The notes below the pieces were generated by a model that was given only the letters and a program-made list of their open reading frames with translations, was not told the DNA's origin and ran no database searches. A stretch of 64,000 nucleotides of DNA from positions 620,001-684,000 of the forward strand of contig MU008177.1 in the NCBI GenBank assembly GCA_010909165.1, written 5' to 3'. Below are positions 60,381 to 64,000 of this stretch, one piece after another. This DNA is from Anthoceros angustus. Its lineage: Eukaryota; Plantae; Anthocerotophyta. The position numbers and the translations under genes are program-made. The first letter of the stretch is position 1. Every line of letters starts with the position of its first letter.

Positions 60381-60969
60381 GCGGAAAAAAAAGGAAGGAT
60401 TTTGATTCGAGCATGTGGTTGAGTAAAATATAAAGATTCAAGTCCTCTTGGTACAATCGTAATTCATACATGCACCCACGAAAAACCTTCGTTTCATAGA
60501 GGACCCAATTCGGAATATAATGGGGTGGTTTCCCTTCGATTCATTTGGTTTTGCAAGACTGCAAAGTTTGTACAACTAGTGCAGGCCTTCAACGGGCTGT
60601 ACATAATATGGACTGTGGGCCTAGCCATTCGGATACTAGTATGGCGTGGCCCCGATCAATATGCCCATTGAGTGGTTGATTGGACGCTAGGCTTGACCCA
60701 CCGGTGCTAGCTAGATCTTGAGCTATAACTCCGCACAAACCACGTCAAGCTAAAATACTTTCGACAACCAAAAATTGGGAACAAAAAAACTCTCAGTGTA
60801 GCATATAATAATGCATTGTAAACTATATTTCTAAAAGTTTACAAAAAAAATATCTAATTTCAAAACTTAGATGCATTTTCTACTGCAAGATGTCTCTATC
60901 TTCTAATCGTTCTGTTCTAAATTCAGCTCCATAAGAGACACTCATCTCTTGTGGATGAGTGTTTCTCTT

Positions 60970-62368
60970 TCACGTGAATTTAGCGGTAAGTCCTTTGTCT
61001 CCATTCACAATAAATTCATTGGTGCAACCACTTGAAGGGGAAGGTGACCCACTAGGATATGAGTATACGTCATCGTAGCCATCAGACGAAGGGCTATCAC
61101 ATTGATATGGCTCAGGTGCAGAAGGATAATCATCACTTGGCGGGGCATCATCATATGGAGTGCTAGGCTCAGGCACTGTCGCTGGACTACTTGAACTGCT
61201 ACTTGAACTGCTACTTGAACTGCTTCCGCCTTTAATTGAAATATCCCAATTATATGTTACATTGGCGTTGCATAGGCCTTCTATACTCCCACTACCTTCA
61301 AAATGTAGTCCAGATCCTTTGAAATACCAGATCGCCAAGATCAAAAATATCCGTGCAAATGATAGGGATCCCACCATATGAAATTCTTGGAATCATGACA
61401 ATGTTTTGTGTGCTTTTCACATGGAGTTTTTCCGTCACCGCAACATGCTCTTGTAGAATGTTGAAATCCATACTTAGAGGGGTGGTGAATAATCTCATTA
61501 GTTGCATGAAAAGTTGGAAGAAAAATATATCGAGCTTCATGAAGTTTGTCATGAAAATGTGCATGAAGATGATTATTCATCTTCGTATTGTAGGCATGAA
61601 TATGCTCATTGACATCTTTATTGCATCCAGATGATTTAGTAGCATGAATAACCAAAGGCGAACACCCCAAAGATCCAACATCGGCTATGATGAATTTTCG
61701 TGCTCCTTGTTTATACAATTTGTTGATATTAACCTCCATCCTCTTTATGAGGGTTTTACGAAATGCTTTCGTAGAAATATTCCGCCTAGTAACAATTCTT
61801 TGTATAAAGTCATCGGTACCTACATCAATATAATATAATGAGTGTGCTAGATGTCTTGCAACATGATGTCTTACATTGCTGGTACCCTCTCGCTTAAGTT
61901 GTTTAGCGAGACGTGGTACCAATTTTTCTTGAAACAATTCCACTTGACGATTAAATGGTAAAACACGTCCATATTGCCTTCCAGGCTGCAACAATCACGC
62001 TTTACCGAAGCAAAACTCACGCCTTCATGCGCCACGACTTTTGGTGCATGATACAAAAGGGTTGGGGAATTTTTCATAACCAAGGTGGCTAGCAAATAAT
62101 CTGACAAGACACGACCGTTGCTAAAACGGCCTGTCGCCTTTTTTGTATCAAATTCTTGACCATATGGATAGTAATTTGCTTTTGCATTTGCTTTTAAGTG
62201 CAAATGATTATTGTTGCCTATATCTGCCAAAGAATCTCCAAAAGAATACAAAGATCCATTGAATCTATGGCGATGCGAAAGTGCCTGTTCCGATACAACG
62301 CTCGTGAATAAGATACATAAGATAATAATTTGAATACTTGATATATTGAAGAATAGTTTCCTCCCCAT
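60970..62368 (-). pseudogene. Intronless GDSL esterase/lipase with Ser/Pro-rich C-terminal tail; two frameshifts (~62000 and ~61355)
   Basis: Signal peptide, FGDSLADIGNN, PYG..F..ATGRFSNGR, GTDD, LYKQGARKF, LGCSP, ACCG, FIWWDPYH. Confidence 0.85.
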
Positions 62369-63777
62369 CTCTTAAACATAGCATCCAAAAAACAATTTCA
62401 ATAATCAAACACAAGAGAGAAAAAACTTTTTCAAGACAAAGAAGCCTTAATTGCAAACACACTAGTACCATTGATGGTTCTCAAACTTTTGTCAATATCT
62501 GGCTCTAAACAACATCAAGGACTTACCTTTGCCAAGGGTGCAAGCTACCACAATTATAAACCTCGACACCTGGGTGTCTGTGTTTCAAATCACGACAAGG
62601 GAAAAATGTATAAATTATGGCTGCAAGCACCTTTATATATTTCATTTCCCTTTTAATTTTAAAAAAGCATATCTCATGCAGATCTCACACAGCTAAACTC
62701 GTAATAGGGAGTGGAGAGGGATCTCCAACATTATGGGGAGTTATAAGTTATCTAGAGGTGGATACTAGTCCTACCCTTTTGCGACTTATTTAGTTACCAT
62801 TTGGGTGTGTAATCCAAACCTCTCTTGTAGATTAGTAATGGTCTATAAACCAATAATCAGTTGAATCACTAATTGTACAGGCCTATCTTCTAGAAAGCTC
62901 TAGCCATATTGTTTTATAGCAATTTAATGATTTTTTTAGAATAAGAAAGTACACAGTAGAATTTTCTAGTGCCAACAATTAAAGGGCTCCAATCTTTACC
63001 TGTGGAAAGCATTATCTAGGCCTTACGATAGGTTGGCTAACTCTTCTTGCCACTGTAGGATGGGGGAGTGGAGCACAAAGGTATTGATTCACTACCTAAT
63101 TCTTTGGTGCTCTTCTTCACAAAGATAAAATGGCTGGGACTTCTCTGTAGGTCCAGCTAGCACGGCAAAGCTTGCACAGCTAGCAAATAATGGAGCCCCA
63201 ACCCTAGCTATGGTAAATAAAATGAGGCAAATAACTGTGAATTGAGATACAAGATAACCTACTCGTACACTCACTTGCCTATTTATCCAGATATCATCCC
63301 ACCATTGGTTCAGGTTGAGAAACACAAAAGGTAGGTTTGCGGTTGGAATGATCGAACTATCTAAATTGGATATATATACTTGCAACAAGTTAGTTCAATA
63401 GGTCTTTTGTTCTAACAACTATATGCTCGTTTCTAATTGTAAAGGAGGTTCAAACTCTAACTTGGAATCATATTGGACACTTGATATTTCTTTTCCTCCT
63501 TTCCTCCTCACACTTTCCTCCATGTCTTTGGGTTTAGCTGGGGCCCAAGCCCAAAACACTTTAACCTGTATAGGTACCTATCACACAATTTTAATTTTGG
63601 AATCAAAATAATGTGTTTTAGACAAAAGTATTCAAAAACTGAATTCAAACCCAAGTCAATTTATATCAATACTGCTAATTTATATATATCAATTTAAAAT
63701 ATTATAGACAAAGCAACAATTTGAGCAGTTTTCTACTCTCATCCATCCTCTGTAAATGTCTGTCCAAATGGCTTAGG

Positions 63778-63932
63778 CCAAATGGACACACACTTACAAC
63801 AACGTGGCTATTAAGCATTCTACACTTCAATCGGTACTTAGACGGGGTCCCTAGAAGGAGTGTACATGTCCTTGGAGCTATTATCTTAGGCACCCCATGG
63901 TCCAAGTTGTCTAATACCTGCAAGTCCCATGA
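63778..63932 (-). repeat. Diverged inverted copy of the 58.3-59.1 kb repeat unit
   Basis: Reverse complement reads TCATGGGACTTG..ACAACTTGGACCATGGGGTGCCTAAG..CTAAGTACCGAT..ATGCTTAAT..TGTGTGTCCATTTGG. Confidence 0.8.
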
Positions 63933-64000
63933 TAGTCTCAAAGTCGTTCGAATGCCAACCTAGCATGGCCCCGATCAATATGCCCATTGAGTGGTTGATT

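Overview
Eukaryotic nuclear DNA from a compact-genome, non-flowering land plant. Short 60-150 nt introns, dense genes, and strumpellin, Crinkler-kinase and CRE-LINE sequences suggest a lycophyte such as Selaginella or a hornwort; this is inference. 0.5-17.3 kb is a transposon nest. A MULE/SWIM transposase pseudogene is split by a ~12 kb insert: an unclassified element with a Gypsy-accessory-like ORF, itself interrupted by a young non-autonomous Copia element (TA..CA LTRs, AATAA TSD) carrying an antisense CRE-type LINE fragment and a 1.1 kb tandem duplication. A Crinkler-like kinase pseudogene follows. 17.9-54.6 kb is gene-dense: DnaJ, two SRPBCC/Bet v1-fold paralogs bracketing POT1, MEX1, a chromovirus remnant, HSP20, UDP-sugar pyrophosphorylase, ABCF5, a MAPEG protein, ATX1, an orphan, CBP3, plastid enolase, an EXPERA/TMEM97 protein and a two-repeat orphan. 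The one long USP intron (1.7 kb) holds six box C/D snoRNAs: four copies of a dual LSU-rRNA guide, one U37-like guide and one possible orphan guide. This cluster is the best-supported hidden feature. 55-64 kb holds a mosaic of PPR and strumpellin fragments, a ~120 bp repeat array with an inverted partner, Copia debris and an intronless frameshifted GDSL lipase. Some frameshifts may be assembly indels. All homology calls are from motif recognition by eye; no searches were run.
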